Shown piece by piece: positions 1-13,139 of a stretch of DNA of 64,000 nt. The position numbers and the translations under genes are program-made. Source of the DNA: Amoebidium appalachense (taxonomy: Eukaryota > Protista > Ichthyosporea); the NCBI GenBank assembly GCA_963693365.1, contig CAVNZM010000009.1:3040231-3104230 (forward strand), written 5' to 3'. Under the pieces are notes generated by a model. That model was not told where the DNA came from, ran no database searches, and saw only the letters and a list, made by a program, of their open reading frames with translations. Within the stretch, counting starts at the first letter, position 1. Every line of letters starts with the position of its first letter.

Positions 1-31
1 CCACACACACACGCACGCATGCACGCGCATG

Positions 32-87
<56 letters not shown>

Positions 88-339
88 CACACACGCAGGC
101 ACACACGTAGGCACGCACGCACGCGCACACACAACCACCCACACACACGCGCGCAACAAAAAAAAGAAGAGAATAGAAAGAAAAGAAAAGAAAAGAAAAG
201 AAAGAAAAAAGATCAAACTTCACAAAAAGGAGCCCAGCAAAACAGATATTCACTTTTGTTTTATTTACAGAAACAAAAAAAAAGGAAAATTGAGAGTCAT
301 TGGAGAAAACAGCAAACAACAACAACAACAACAACGACG

Positions 340-377
<38 letters not shown>

Positions 378-470
378 AATAACAAACAATAACAAATTAT
401 AGTAGTAGTAGTAGTAGTAGTAGTAATAATTACAATAATAGCAATAATAATAATAATAATATAACAGAGC
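1..470. repeat. Compound microsatellite: (CA)n, A-rich tract, (CAA)n, (TAG)n, (TAA)n
   Basis: Directly visible simple repeats; the ORFs here are low-complexity artefacts. Confidence 0.95.
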
Positions 471-484
471 AAACAAAAACATAC

Positions 485-1240
485 ATTTGCCGTGTTCTGA
501 GAGGGCAGGGTGCGCGGTACGGTATATGGTGTCAGATCCAGTTCCCTCGCATTGTCCAAATCCACCACAAGGCTTGCCTGGCTGCCAGACTTGGTCAGCG
601 CGGCTTCCAGAACACCTGAGGGAAGAACATACACGTTAGTATACATTATGAAACCTTTCCCCGTAAATTTCCGTGTATTTTAGTGGAAGGTACAATGTTT
701 AGGATACACTATGGAACTTTTTCCCATAAATTTCCGCGTATTCTAGTGGAAGGTACATATAAGTATACATTATGGAGCCTTTTCTTGCAAATCTTAGTGG
801 AAGGTACATATTAGTATACATTATGGACCCTTTGGAGCCTATTCACGTAAATTTCCGCGTGTTTTGGTGGAAGGTACATATCATTATTATTAGAATACAT
901 CATGGAACCTTTTACCGTCAGTGTTTGTGTATCTTTTCGTCATTGTCTCCACCTTTCCTGTTCTTTCGATGTACTTTTATCACTATTGTTTCCATGCTTC
1001 CCATAATATCGACATATTCATTCACTCGTAAGATCAATGTTTCCCGTTACATTTTCTTACAGGGAACCGGCTCCCTGCCCCTTGGCAGACAACACTTGCT
1101 ATACGCTACACACACACACACACACACAAAAAAAAAATAATAAAAAAAATAAATAAAAAATAAAAGGACAATACACCTTTATATGCCAAATGCAGACAAG
1201 GTCTATTCCACAACCCCACTTTTTCCCCTCCCTCCCTCTT

Positions 1241-1272
<32 letters not shown>

Positions 1273-2712
1273 CCACACACACACACACACAAGGGAGAAA
1301 GAAAAAAATGAGAGCAATTGGTCCATTTTTGTGCATACCTTCACAATCCAACGTGCGGGGGCAAGCAGCGGGAGGGTAGAGAGGGAGGGGGGGTGGAAGG
1401 GGCAGAGGTGTGGTGGTTGAGAAAGAGGAATCCACAAGTGTGCACAAAAAATGCAACCATGAGCAGCACGGAGTTCTTACGTTCAAGTGATGTGGAAAAG
1501 GACAAGCACAGGGTGTGTGTGCACCAAAAGCAACAGGTGAAGGGGGTGGGAGGGGGGGGGGGGGGGGGGGGGGGAGCCCAGCATGATGGGGAAGGGGGAG
1601 GGGTGGAAGGGAGAGTTGGTCATGAAGAAAAGGATGAGGCCATAGTATCAACAAACATGCCTGAAACTCTCGAGACGAATAAAAAAAACTCAGAAAATAT
1701 TTTAGAATCTTCAGCAAAAACCTACTTTTCACCCGCACAGGGATAACCTTGCTGTCTGCGTTGCTCAGTTTTGACAGATTGGATCGCGCCGATTGCGTGG
1801 ATTGAGTGGATGCAATGAGCATAAGCGGTGCGGCCGAACTGGCCATTGCCTGTGTGTAGGTGAATTTCAATGTCAGATTAGTTACAAAAGGCAAACACGT
1901 CATGCGAGTCGTTCTGCTACATTGCCCGTTATTACACATCTCTCTCTCTCTCTCTCCTCCTCCTCCCCCCCCCCCCCCCCCCCCGGCTCTCCACCCCCCC
2001 AACCTCCTACACCCCCCCCCAACCCCCCCCCCTTCAACCCCCATCCTCCACAAAACACTACCCACGCAACCCCCCCCCCCCCCCTACTCTCCCCATTCTT
2101 ATCGCACGTCCCCAAACACACACAAGGGCCCAGATGTACACCGGACGGTCCGTACCCCAGGTGCAGCCTTTAGGCACAGCTGCCGCAAAAGGGCAAGTCC
2201 CGGGTGAGGGGCTGTACCAGATCCATTAACAAAGCACGATCACAAAAATACGATCACAACATGCAAAGACAGAGTCGTTTTTGCCAGGTCAGTCTGATAA
2301 TAACATGGCCGAAGTGCTTCTGGCCAAAGACTGTTTTCTTCGTGCTCCTTGAAATACATATTCGCCTCCCAAGCATCTATGCTTACACCAGATCCCACAA
2401 CTGGTTTCGCACACCAACATAGAGTCTGAAAGGGGTGAAGATTGTTGTGTTCTCATTTCAACCACACATGTGTCAATGTTGGTTTATAGAACATGCATGA
2501 TTGAAGCTCCCGGAATAATGACTATGTGAGAGCTGGTACCCGAGACAGCTCTGAAACGCAATCCCACTGTGCAGGGTTGAACTTCAAGCATGCACGTGTT
2601 TAGGAGCTAGGAATAGACTCCGCACGAAAGAAGAATAAGGAAAAGAGAACAAGTGCTCAAGGAACAACTGATGTGAAGGATTCGACATGTTTACCTTGCC
2701 ATCGTCCGACAT
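485..2712 (-). CDS. Putative multi-exon gene, 5' part, unknown product; continues beyond window start
   Basis: Candidate first exon 2712-2695 (MSDDGK|gtaaac). Further AG/GT-bounded open segments near 2610-2500, 2425-2390, 1850-1750, 1100-1060 and 615-485 (GVLEAALTKSGSQASLVVDLDNARELDLTPY...|gtatgt). No family recognised. Confidence 0.4.
630..915. repeat. Degenerate ~55-60 bp minisatellite, about 4-5 units
   Basis: Recurring ATACATTATGGAACCTTTT...TAAATTTCCGCGTATTTTAGTGGAAGGTACATA units. Confidence 0.8.
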
Positions 2713-2754
2713 GTTGTCTTTCGGAGCGTCCCCCGGTAGTACCAGGATTGGTGA

Positions 2755-3025
2755 TTATTTTCTCAACGGAGTTCGCTTAAAGACGTGCACGGCCGTGTAA
2801 TCTTTGGGTTTCCGAGCAAAAGAAGAACAGCATTTGAATTTGCCAATAAAACGGACTCATTACTTGACCCATCAACTATATGGTACTTTCTCAACGGAGT
2901 TTGCCATGGCCCTCTGAAACTTGCTTAAAGACGTGCACGGCCGTGTAATCTTTGGGTTGCCGAGCAAAAGAAGAACAGCATTTGAATTTGCCAGTAAAAC
3001 AGACTCATTACTTGACCCACCAACT
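2755..3025. repeat. Local direct duplication of ~110-125 bp
   Basis: GCTTAAAGACGTGCACGGCCGTGTAATCTTTGGG...GACTCATTACTTGACCCA at ~2775 and ~2923. Confidence 0.85.
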
Positions 3026-3572
3026 CACCATATAGAACCCAATTGGTATGGACTACTGAACCTGTATATTTTGTCCCGTTTATCACAGTGGAACTATTTA
3101 CCCGGCTAGGCTCGTCTGAAACACAAGTGACAGCTGTACAAGGAGGTTGCATCATCATTCAGGTTGCATACCAAGCATTCTTCTGAGCCGCACCCTATAC
3201 CTCTCAGGTGTTACGTAGGGCTACCTTTCTGTACTGATATGTACTATGTCGAAACGTTAAACGTAACTGTCGAAAATGGGGGGGTCAGTTAAATTGCAGA
3301 CTGAATTAAATATTTATAATACCTTATTCTTCATGCAGTCTCTCTATGTACATTTTTTAAATAATGACTTTTATTGATATGCTTGGAGGACAATCGAAAT
3401 ATGCGGCATGCCTCTATTTTGAGATGTACATTGACCCTGGAATAACTGGTAAAGAAACGTGTACTTAGTCTACTATATTGGGCGACCATACCGTACCCAA
3501 ATACCCAAACCCAAACCCAGATTTTAAAAGGGGTTTCTTTTAGGCCGATTAATTGTCCCCCTTAACGCCCGT

Positions 3573-3762
3573 TTTTTTTTTTCTCTTGACTGGGATTTTT
3601 TGATCAGTGGTCCGGTGGATATGAAGGCAACGTTAACGTGCAGCCACAGGCTACATGACCCACCAAAATAACCGACTTCAAAAGAGCCACAGCGATGAAA
3701 TAAAAAATAAAACTTGAACAACAAGTGACCAAAGGACACCAGCGGGCAAAGGTATAAGTGCA
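3573..3762 (-). mobile_element. Short A-tailed retroposon fragment (SINE or LINE 3' end)
   Basis: Reverse complement is similar to 27078-27238 and ends ...ATCCCAGTCAAGAG followed by poly(A). Confidence 0.6.
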
Positions 3763-5105
3763 CGTGTATGCGTGAAACTAGTTTGCTCCAACTAGTCATA
3801 TGCAGCGATGATGACCAGGCCACACTCCGCAAGAAGACATCATTACTGCTGCTCCCCAACAGGCCCCCCTCAAAACCTACCGGGGCACAGCAAGCAAGTC
3901 AGCCCTTTATAGAGCAATGCAGACCAAATCCGAGCGAGAAAACAATCCCCACGGGCCCTACCCCTAGAAAACCCGCAGAAGCTGTCTCTAACTCTTTGAT
4001 AAGGTGGCCTAGTTGTGGCAGGACACACAGGAAAACACAACTACAGAATGCATGCAAGCAAACGCAGTCATTGCCATACTGCTGAAGGCTGAAAACACGG
4101 CAGCCACAAGGAAAGCTCCTCGGCGACCCAGTAGCTACCCCTCCACTCACGCAGCGCAGAAGCAGTTGAAGAAGTTGCAGCAGCCCACCGCCAATAACTC
4201 GCGTAGAAGCGTAGATAGCGTGTAGAAGCCACCGTAAGTTGCAGTGGGCCACCAGATGTCGAAGAAACCACTCCTCAAGCGAGAAACTCCGCGGAAGGGA
4301 GATGTTCCCACACTCTCACAACAGTAGGAATAGACAAGGTCGCACTACACACACACAGTCACGGTGTCACGTTCCCCTGAGCGGGACCCCTTCCCACCAC
4401 AAAAAGAAAAAACGAAAGCCTTTATATACCTGCCATGGTGAAGAATCGGGAAAAAAAGTTGACGTGACAGCTACTAGTAAGAGATCGAAGTAAAAGTGAA
4501 GTCCCCACAACAGTAGGAATAGACAAGGCCGCACTACACACACACAGTGTCACGTTCCTCTGAGCGGGACCCCATCAGCAAACTTCCCGGAAGTATTGCC
4601 AACGTATTTTTTGCTATTGGAGCTATTGGCGATATTGGCAATAGAACCCCTTGCCGCCAATAGGAACGCCATATTGCAATAATATTGCTTTGGTATTGTC
4701 AATGGTAATACAGTACCAATACCCTCTATTGTCGATATCCCGCTGATATGAATATATTATCCAGTATATGTTACATCAATATCGCCAATACATTAGAGTG
4801 CCATTACATTACCATTGCATTACTATTGCGCTAGCATTATAGACGTATTGCCAATATCAATTATACCCGGGCGATATTACAATAACAACCAAATAATATC
4901 AAAAATACAGATAATGATATGGATAATACTGTATTTTCGCATTGTAGTTGCACTATGAACGCATTATTAATGTATTGCCAATATGTAATTCATAGAAATA
5001 CAAAGATTTAAATATCAAGAAACATATAAACAATGTATTGCCATTGGCAACATATGATCCAACTATAATCAATATATAAATGTGGTATCGCCGATAGGTT
5101 GCTTA

Positions 5106-6118
5106 CAGTATGCGTCCGCGCGTAACATACTCCGCGCACAACATAACGTCGACGCCGATTTTCAAAAAATCTTAACATACTGACCTCGGTCATTTTTCGG
5201 GATTATGTTAGCGCACCAAGGGGTCCTATATATAGTAGGACTGAATCGGGTTTATCTGGTCAGTTTAGACCCCCTATCTTTAGTATTTCGATCTCTTTCC
5301 CAGACAAAACAGTGGTTCGCCGTGATTTCCCGCCCAAAGCTCGGCAGGGCCAATGATAGGCGGCGGCCGCACATCGCATGGTATGCAAAGGACTCATGTG
5401 GCCGACTATGTCGATAAACGAGCAGAAACATACGAAGGCCCCAACTAGTTCGAAGCAGTCTTGTATAGCTGGTTTTTACTCCTAGTCATATAGGCAGGTT
5501 GAATGCATATTAAACCCACCGATCATGACCAAGCCAGTAGTCCAGGTGCAGGCAGCTGCACTTGGGGCGTTGAATAGTGCACTGCACACAGTAAATGAGG
5601 CCACAGACAAGTTTCAGGAAACTACCCAAGAAGCCCAAGCAATCATTTCTGAGGGTTTTGTAAACGCAAACAACACAATCAACAACGCAACCACACGTGC
5701 AATTGCACAAGCCGAAACGGCAAAAGCACAATTCATTGCGCTCGCACATGGAGAGTTTAGAGAGCCGCAGAGCCCCCACACGCGAGGAATCGCTGAAAAA
5801 GGCTGCCAACAAGTAAGCCTGGGCAGAAGACGATGTTCGATTTTGGGTGCATGGGTGTGAGATCTTGCGCAGGTTTAGTTTGGTGGGCTGGCTGCGTGGG
5901 GTGATAGTGGGTGGTGCCCAGAAAAGGGGGTTTCTTTTCCGTGTGAGTTACGATAATGGTTTGGAGCTTGATGAAACCCTGAATACGGATTTGTATGAGG
6001 CGAAGGGGGAGGGGTTGCCTCTTACTCGTGTAGGTGTGTGGTGCCAAATTCGTAAGGTGTGAGAGTAAGGTGTGAGGGAGCAGAAAGACTAGTACGTCCT
6101 TCAAGTTTGTATGAGTTG

Positions 6119-6156
<38 letters not shown>

Positions 6157-6341
6157 CTTTTTTGGTTTGGTCCCCTTGAAAAAAATTAGTATGTTTTTAT
6201 TATTATTTGAATCAATTACTTATTGATTTCCTCTATATTTACTTATTTAGCGGGTTGGGGAGGAGGGGAGGGGGGGTGGGGGAGGGGGGGGGGGGACTTG
6301 ATGTACTAAATGCTAGACTTTCAAGTATTGATTTAGATTTA

Positions 6342-6404
<63 letters not shown>

Positions 6405-6813
6405 CACACACACACACACATAGGCTTTCACGCTTTCAGCTTCTTTTTTTTTTTTTTTTTTCCCAAAGTTTTTTTTTTTTTTCCGAATTTCCTTTTTTTT
6501 TTTTTTTTCACCATCTCAAAAAGGAACTAGTATATAAGTATTCTTTGTTTATTCATTCATTTGATCAATTTATTATTTGTTTACTACTATATTTATGTCA
6601 TTTAGCGGTTTGCGGATTCCCCGCCCGATGGAGAGGCCCAGTGTGGCCTCCTGGGCGGGCGGGAGGGCGGGCGGGCGGGCGGGGGAGGGGGGGGGGGGGG
6701 GGGGTAACATAATCGAGACGGGCTCTGGGAGCCTATTTTTAGATACTAATTAAAATTTAACATAACGACCTCGACCCTTGTCGGGGCGGTATGTTATGCG
6801 CGGACGCATACTG
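5106..6813. mobile_element. Non-autonomous Tc1/mariner-type DNA transposon (1708 bp) carrying a cargo ORF
   Basis: TIRs CAGTATGCGTCCGCGCGTAACATAC (from 5106) and GTATGTTATGCGCGGACGCATACTG (to 6813), one mismatch; TA on both flanks (5104-5105, 6814-6815); CAGT termini. Confidence 0.85.
5525..6062 (+). pseudogene. Disrupted ORF: helical/coiled-coil N-part plus a Tudor/SH3-like C-part
   Basis: ORF 5525-5860 and an overlapping second frame ending GCEILRRFSLVGWLRGVIVGG..FLFRVSYDNGLELDETL..W; one frameshift and an in-frame TAA at 5814. No DDE motif seen. The fold guess is inference. Confidence 0.45.
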
Positions 6814-7642
6814 TATATATCGTGAGTATATTGATGACATAAACAGAGGTATGATGATTAATACACTCCCAACACATTACAAATAAGGAATATGTAAGTA
6901 TGTTCCATATCAAGCATATATTGCCAACATACGAATGATACCACCACCATAAAGATATAAGTGTTGATAATGCATTACATATATATTATAAATATCACAC
7001 TATATTATCCAAATACATTGCCAATAAATTGATAATGGGAACGAATGCATGCAAAGTACAGTATAAGTGCGCTTATAATATGAAAGGCATATCGGAGTAA
7101 CGTCTTATATCTAAGAATAATACGTATGACGAACATTGCCAATGTATTAACAATAACTTTATTGATACCTCAATCACATGCTCAATATATTGGCAATATG
7201 CACACGGTACGGTAAGCACAGCCCCATGATCATTGTCAATGTATTGCCAATGTATTGCACATGTCGACATCCATACGTGTTCCGTATGGTCACTTTATTA
7301 ACTTCGGTTGGATAGTGGCATCAAGCACACAAGTAAACAACACAACTAATATACCACCCCAGGTGGCATCCTACAGCACACAAGTTAACAACACAACTAA
7401 CATACCACCCCAGGTGGCATCCATTCTCTACTATCTACTTTATCTCGCATCTCGTATCAACATTACTCTTATGCAAACAAAAAATACCAAAAAGAATCAT
7501 GACAAAAAAAGAAGAAAAAAGAAGAAAAAAGAAAAAGAAAACTACCACACAAGCACAACAGGCTGGGCTGGGGCAACACAGAAACGAAAAACGGAAACAA
7601 CAGCAGCCATAGGACAAAGAGCCGGTACCCACCTCTAGAGTG

Positions 7643-8928
7643 GCAAAAAAAGAGTCGACAGAACGAACATCAAACATAGTAAGGACGGAAACCCGGACCA
7701 GAACTTATAAGTCTAGAGAAGCAGAAAATAGCTTGAACGACTGGTGGAGGGGATGATAGCTATAGTGCTAACAGCAAAAGTAGTGCCCACAGTCGCTGGT
7801 TCATGAACGTGAAAAGGCAACGTGCATCTGCAGCCAGCAGGCACACGCACAGTGTCACGCACGCACACGCACGCACACACACGCACACAGACACAGACAT
7901 GATCACAGGCACGGACACAGACCAGACAGACAACGCCACATGCACAAAAGCAGGCAACACAAACCTAACCTTCAAAGTTTAACGGCCTTTCAGCCGTTAC
8001 TAGGCGAAGAAGCTGCAGCATGCAGCATAGTCGAAACCATTCAGCACGGTGGCTGCGCGACCTGCGGAGGGCAAAAAAAGAGTCGTCAGAACCAACCTCA
8101 AACTTAGTAAGGACGGAAACCCGGACCAGAACTTATGAAGTCTAGAGAAGCAGAAAATAGCTTGAACGACTGGGGGAGGGGATGATAGCTATAGTGCTAA
8201 CAGCAAAAGTAGTGCCCACAGTCGCTGGTTCATGAACGTGAAAAGGCAACGTGCATCTGCAGCCAGCAGGCACACGCACACGCACGCACACACATACACA
8301 CACACGCACACAGACACAGACACAGACACAGACATAATCACAGGCACGGACACAGACCAGACAGACAAACGCCACATGCACAAAAGCAGGCAACACAAAA
8401 CTAACCTTCAAACGGCCTTTCAGCCGTTAGGCGAAGAAGCAGCAGCATGCAGCATGGTCGAAACCATTCTGAATCAGCACGGTGGCTGCGCGACCTGCGG
8501 AGGGCAAAAAAAGAGTCGACAGAACCAACCTCAAACTTAGTAAGGACGGAAACCCGGACCAGAACTTATGAAGTCTAGAGAAGCAGAAAATAGCTTGAAC
8601 GACTGGTGGAGGGGATGATGGCTATAGTGCTAACAGCACAAGTAGTGCACACAGTTGCTGGTTCATGAACGTGAAAAGGCAACGTGCATCTGCAGCCAGC
8701 AGGCACACGCACACGCACGCACACACATACAATCACACGCACACAGACACAGACACAGACACAGACATAATCACAGGCACGGACACAGACCAGACAGACA
8801 AACGCCACATGCACAAAAGCAGGCAACACAAAACTAACCTTCAAACGGCCTTTCAGCCGTTAGGCGAAGAAGCTGCAGCATGCAGCATGGTCGAAACCAT
8901 TCAGCACGGTGGCTGCGCGACCTGCGGA
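7643..8928. repeat. Tandem repeat, three copies of a ~430-bp unit
   Basis: Units start GCAAAAAAAGAGTCG at ~7643, 8071 and 8504; near-identical with small indels. Confidence 0.95.
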
Positions 8929-9397
8929 TGGGACCTGTGACCAGGCGACTCATCTAGTAAGGATACCTGATGGTCACCCTCTTTATGCTTCCTTCCCCCC
9001 CCCCTCCCTCCATCCCTCTTCCCCCCCGATTCACCAACGCCACTTCTGAATGTCCTCAGCCTACCCTCTTTCAACCCGATTCTTCCTCTCGCTATCTCAC
9101 TCCCTCTTTCTTTTCTCTTCCTGTTTTTTCTGCCTTTTCGAGTTATTACCTATGATACGCAGTATAAGTTTCTTTCTCGTTCTGAATCAGAGAAATCAAA
9201 GGTAAAAGTTTAACTCAGTTGGCATGTGTTATGTTCCTTAGGCAACACCGTACTGATCATTATCGCTTTTTGGGAGCTTTGGCAGGATATATTAAGTTCT
9301 CCTGCTGTACGTATGCCATACTAGTATACCACCCTAGTAGATAAGTCTGTATGGTGCTCTGATGTTGATATTGCCAGGGAAGTTGGGCAGTGGCGTT

Positions 9398-12300
9398 TGT
9401 AAACAGTTGGACTAGTTAGGATAAGGCAGAGTACAACTGAATCAAAATAAAGACAGAGAACGGGTAGAAAGGCACACGCGGCCAGGTTGCGTTTACTATG
9501 GGCCGACTCAGTCTGTCTCAGACTTCACTGATGTGATCCCCGTACTGGGACGGCTTTCTTATATAGCCCCCAGGTTTCGGATCAAGGCCCAGGATTGGTT
9601 CATCCGCGGCCAGCGCGGGTGGCAACATGCCATTCGTGATTCTGGTGCGGTCCGAGCCAGTCAGACCTTTGTCCTATTTATGCAAACCTCTTATTGGTTC
9701 ACTTCGTTTATGTGGTATGCAGCGGAAGAACCATATATGGTTCAATTCTTAGGTCAGAGTGAGTCCTATTGGTGCGGACATAATATTTATGTGATATTCA
9801 TGACAAAGCACGAATCGTGTGCTAGTAGATCACATTCTTTAGTAAACATGTACAGTTCATGTGTACAGTTGTTTACACTCCCCCCCTTGTCAGGAGCCTG
9901 GTGGTGTCGTTAGACAAGCAAACCACCAGGCTGAGAGGCGATAAACAACCTTCAGCGAGAATTCCTGTGCGCCGAGCTGCTGGGCAGAACAGAGCAAGGA
10001 CGGTTGAATAGTGTTGTGCACGTCTATGAGCACTTCTTCATTTGCCAAAACGTAAATTCATGCAGCATTCTTCTGTGATTTCATTTTCGTGGCGAAGATT
10101 ATTGCAGAGTGTGTGCGAATTGTTCGCTTCGTCTCTGTGCTTGGCTTTTCTGTAGAAGTAGTATTTTTCTTTTTGGGAATTTTTCCTTTTTAGGACACTC
10201 CCGCAGATTCGTTTTCAATTGCGAGTAATTTAGTTGTGTGGATGAATGATCATACCAAACATTCGATAATGAATATAACTCAAGCCTTAGGTCACTTCGT
10301 AGCTCAGGTAGTGGTGGATAGCTTCTTAGCGCTGCCCTTTATCCCGGTTCTACCTTAAGATCATTAAGGCGAGTCACCATGGCCAGAAAAGCCACTTCTT
10401 TCATGAACAAAGAGCACTTCTTTCCTTTCAGCTTTAACCCTGCATCATCGGAGCCGGGAATAGCATGAATAAGAATGCCCTAAATGTTCTTCGTTGGGCG
10501 ACATAAAGAAATATATCAGCCCGTCAGAACCAGTAAAAACCCGGTTCATAATTCATAAGAAGAGGGTAGGCAAAGCAAGCCTTCTTCAGAAAACACATGC
10601 TTCCATTCGTGAGCAGTTTTCGTATCCCATTTGCCAGCCATTTTCGTTGAGCAGGGGGATTCCAGGCATAATACATTCTTCTGGAGGCTTGGCCTAAAAA
10701 GAAAAGTCGTCACAGTCGCCCTTTCTTTTGTAAGCAACTTCGTGAGCGCGCTTCGTGTTTTCATATCCTCCAGTGCAGGTCTGGATGGTGCCCCATCCTC
10801 TGCTTCATTTGTAGGTGGCCCTACTGTAGGTTCTGTTCGTTGTGTGGAATACCAAAACCATTCGTATTCGTGGAACTGCTTTGTGCTGTGCTTTCTTTCG
10901 TGTTGGTGTTCATGGAGTTACCCAATTCACACACCTACTACTTTCATACATCAGACGTAAGTAGCTGCCTGGGGAGTGTGTGGTTCGTGTTCGTGGCATT
11001 CTTCTGTTCCTTCGTGAGAAGAATATTCGTTTTAGCAGAGGTGCCCAATAAGGCAGCTTGTGGGGTTGTCTCCCGCATGTGCCCATTGGTGGGGTATGCA
11101 CGTGCTAAATTGTTACAGTGTCATCATATTGCAAGGGAATAACATGGTCACCTCCGTACCAGGGCCTAGGTACACATGATGGTCCGATGTGTTAGTCAAC
11201 AACACCTTGCATTCGTATTCGTATTCGTCTTCCACGTCACTTTCTTCAGTAGTGAAGGAGGGTATTCGTAATTCGAAACTGAAAGGCTTCCAGCCAAAAT
11301 ACTGACGCTGTATGCTGGGGTTGTGAGGGAACGGTGCCCATACCACATTCTTTTGTTCTGGTGGGGGTGTACCGGCAGCTAGTGCAAGGCTTGACAGTGT
11401 AATTGGTATGTTACACCGCATTGCCACAGACGGGCATTCACCTTAAAATTCGTACCCAACACCTTCTTTGTTTTTCACATGCATGAACAAAAGTTCTGCA
11501 TCGACTTTATTACATGCCTTTTGTGCACCAAGAGTGCAAATTCGTTAGGGCGTGGCACCAGGAAGGGCCGCCATACATGAGTCAGGCATATGTTCGTAAT
11601 GTGTTTAGGCATGCCAGCATACATTCATGCGCATGTTGTGCATCCTGTGCGCTAAACTATGGGGCATGCTGTATTCGAGAACAGCAAGGGATTCGAAGCA
11701 TGCATGCAACACTACTTTCATAAGATCTTAGGTCCTACATGCTATAGCAACAGCGACTATCTTCTTCGTTAAGTGCATTTGTGCTGAAAGTGGCCGTGCA
11801 TCTGGCTTGCGAGTGTGGACGTGCATGCGGTGGCATGGACACGATGGCAGTGTGCAATAGGGCAATGCACGCAAGGGCAACGGTTTTATTTTCTTCCTAA
11901 CATAGAGGGGGCTGTGTGCATTGCAACCCAAGCAGTGTTGTGCATTCGTCCTTTCATTTTCGTATTTCCAGTTCATTTTGCTTTCGTTTTTCGTTTTTTG
12001 TCGTTTGATAACTTCGTTACTTCGTTTTGTTTTCGTGTTGCATTCATTTCGTATTTCCTCTATGCAATCGTTTGTCGTTAATTCTTTATTTCATTGCGTA
12101 TTCGTGATGGTTCGTTTTTCGTTGGTTCATTGCTTCGTTAGCAATTCTTTATTCGTTTGTTCGTGTATTCGTTGTTTCGTTGTGTATTCGTTTTTCTTCA
12201 CATTTTTGATGTGTCGTAGCAAAAGAAGTTTTACATGCTTTCAATTCTTTCCGTGTAGGTGGGCTGGCCACTTCAAACTTGTAGGTGTATATATTCTAAG

Positions 12301-12934
12301 CCGGACAAGGAAAGATGTGCCTATCATCGGGGTAAAAAGGATTGTGATCGGCCATGGGAGATTCTTGAGCTGATTGAAAGATGTGAGATTCTTGAACTGA
12401 TTGAAAGATGTGAGATTCGAAGGATGCGAGATTCTTGAACTGCGCGGTCGCCAATGTAAACAGTTGGACTAGTTAGGATAAGGCAGAGTACAACTGAATC
12501 AAAATAAAGACAGAGAACGGGTAGAAAGGCACACGCGGCCAGGTTGCGTTTACTATGGGCCGACTCAGTCTGTCTCAGACTTCACTGATGTGATCCCCGT
12601 ACTGGGACGGCTTTCTTATATAGCCCCCAGGTTTCGGATCAAGGCCCAGGATTGGTTCATCCGCGGCCAGCGCGGGTGGCAACATGCCATTCGTGATTCT
12701 GGTGCGGTCCGAGCCAGTCAGACCTTTGTCCTATTTATGCAAACCTCTTATTGGTTCACTTCGTTTATGTGGTATGCAGCGGAAGAACCATATATGGTTC
12801 AATTCTTAGGTCAGAGTGAGTCCTATTGGTGCGGACATAATATTTATGTGATATTCATGACAAAGCACGAATCGTGTGCTAGTAGATCACATTCTTTAGT
12901 AAACATGTACAGTTCATGTGTACAGTTGTTTACA
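9398..12934 (-). mobile_element. Non-autonomous gypsy-type LTR retrotransposon (3537 bp)
   Basis: Two apparently identical 480-bp LTRs (9398-9877, 12455-12934) with TGTAAACA...TGTTTACA ends; 5-bp TSD GCGTT (9393-9397, 12935-12939); minus-strand PBS TGGCGACCGCGCAG and [14 protein letters not shown]; empty site visible in the paralog near 15038. Confidence 0.95.
10280..11430 (-). pseudogene. Decayed pol remnants (reverse transcriptase fragment and upstream linker)
   Basis: Minus-strand peptides DAGLKLKGKKCSLFMKEVAFL, IMNRVFTG..EEHLGH and DTKTA resemble gypsy RT motifs; many stops and frameshifts; integrase not seen. Confidence 0.7.
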
Positions 12935-13139
12935 GCGTTGTGATAATCATGTTTCCATCGCCGCTGGTGCCACTTTTGTGCTGAACTTTTTAATCGAAAG
13001 AATGTTGATAGGTGTGAGTTTTTATGTCGCGTTTTACCTCTTTCCGTAGTACAGGTGTCTGCTACACTGCCAGTGGCTGGCAATGTGAACACTTTAGACT
13101 TTTTGTTAAATTCTGTTGGTCGTCACATTGAGTATTTAT

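Larger units (their letters stand above)
4590..7265. repeat. AT-rich region with dispersed ATTGCCAAT(A)/TATTGGCAAT motifs, possibly an old DNA-transposon derivative, split by the 5106-6813 insertion
   Basis: Many copies of the motif in both orientations at 4590-5100 and 6815-7265; termini not identified. Confidence 0.45.

Noticed and set aside
3234-3260. CTGATATG...CGAAACGTT resembling a minimal Penelope hammerhead
   Set aside because: Core reads CUGAUAU rather than CUGANGA and the flanking helices are unconvincing.
5814-5816. In-frame TAA suggesting a reassigned genetic code
   Set aside because: TAA terminates RGS, PGAP2 and the 40250 ORF at the expected positions, so the code looks standard.
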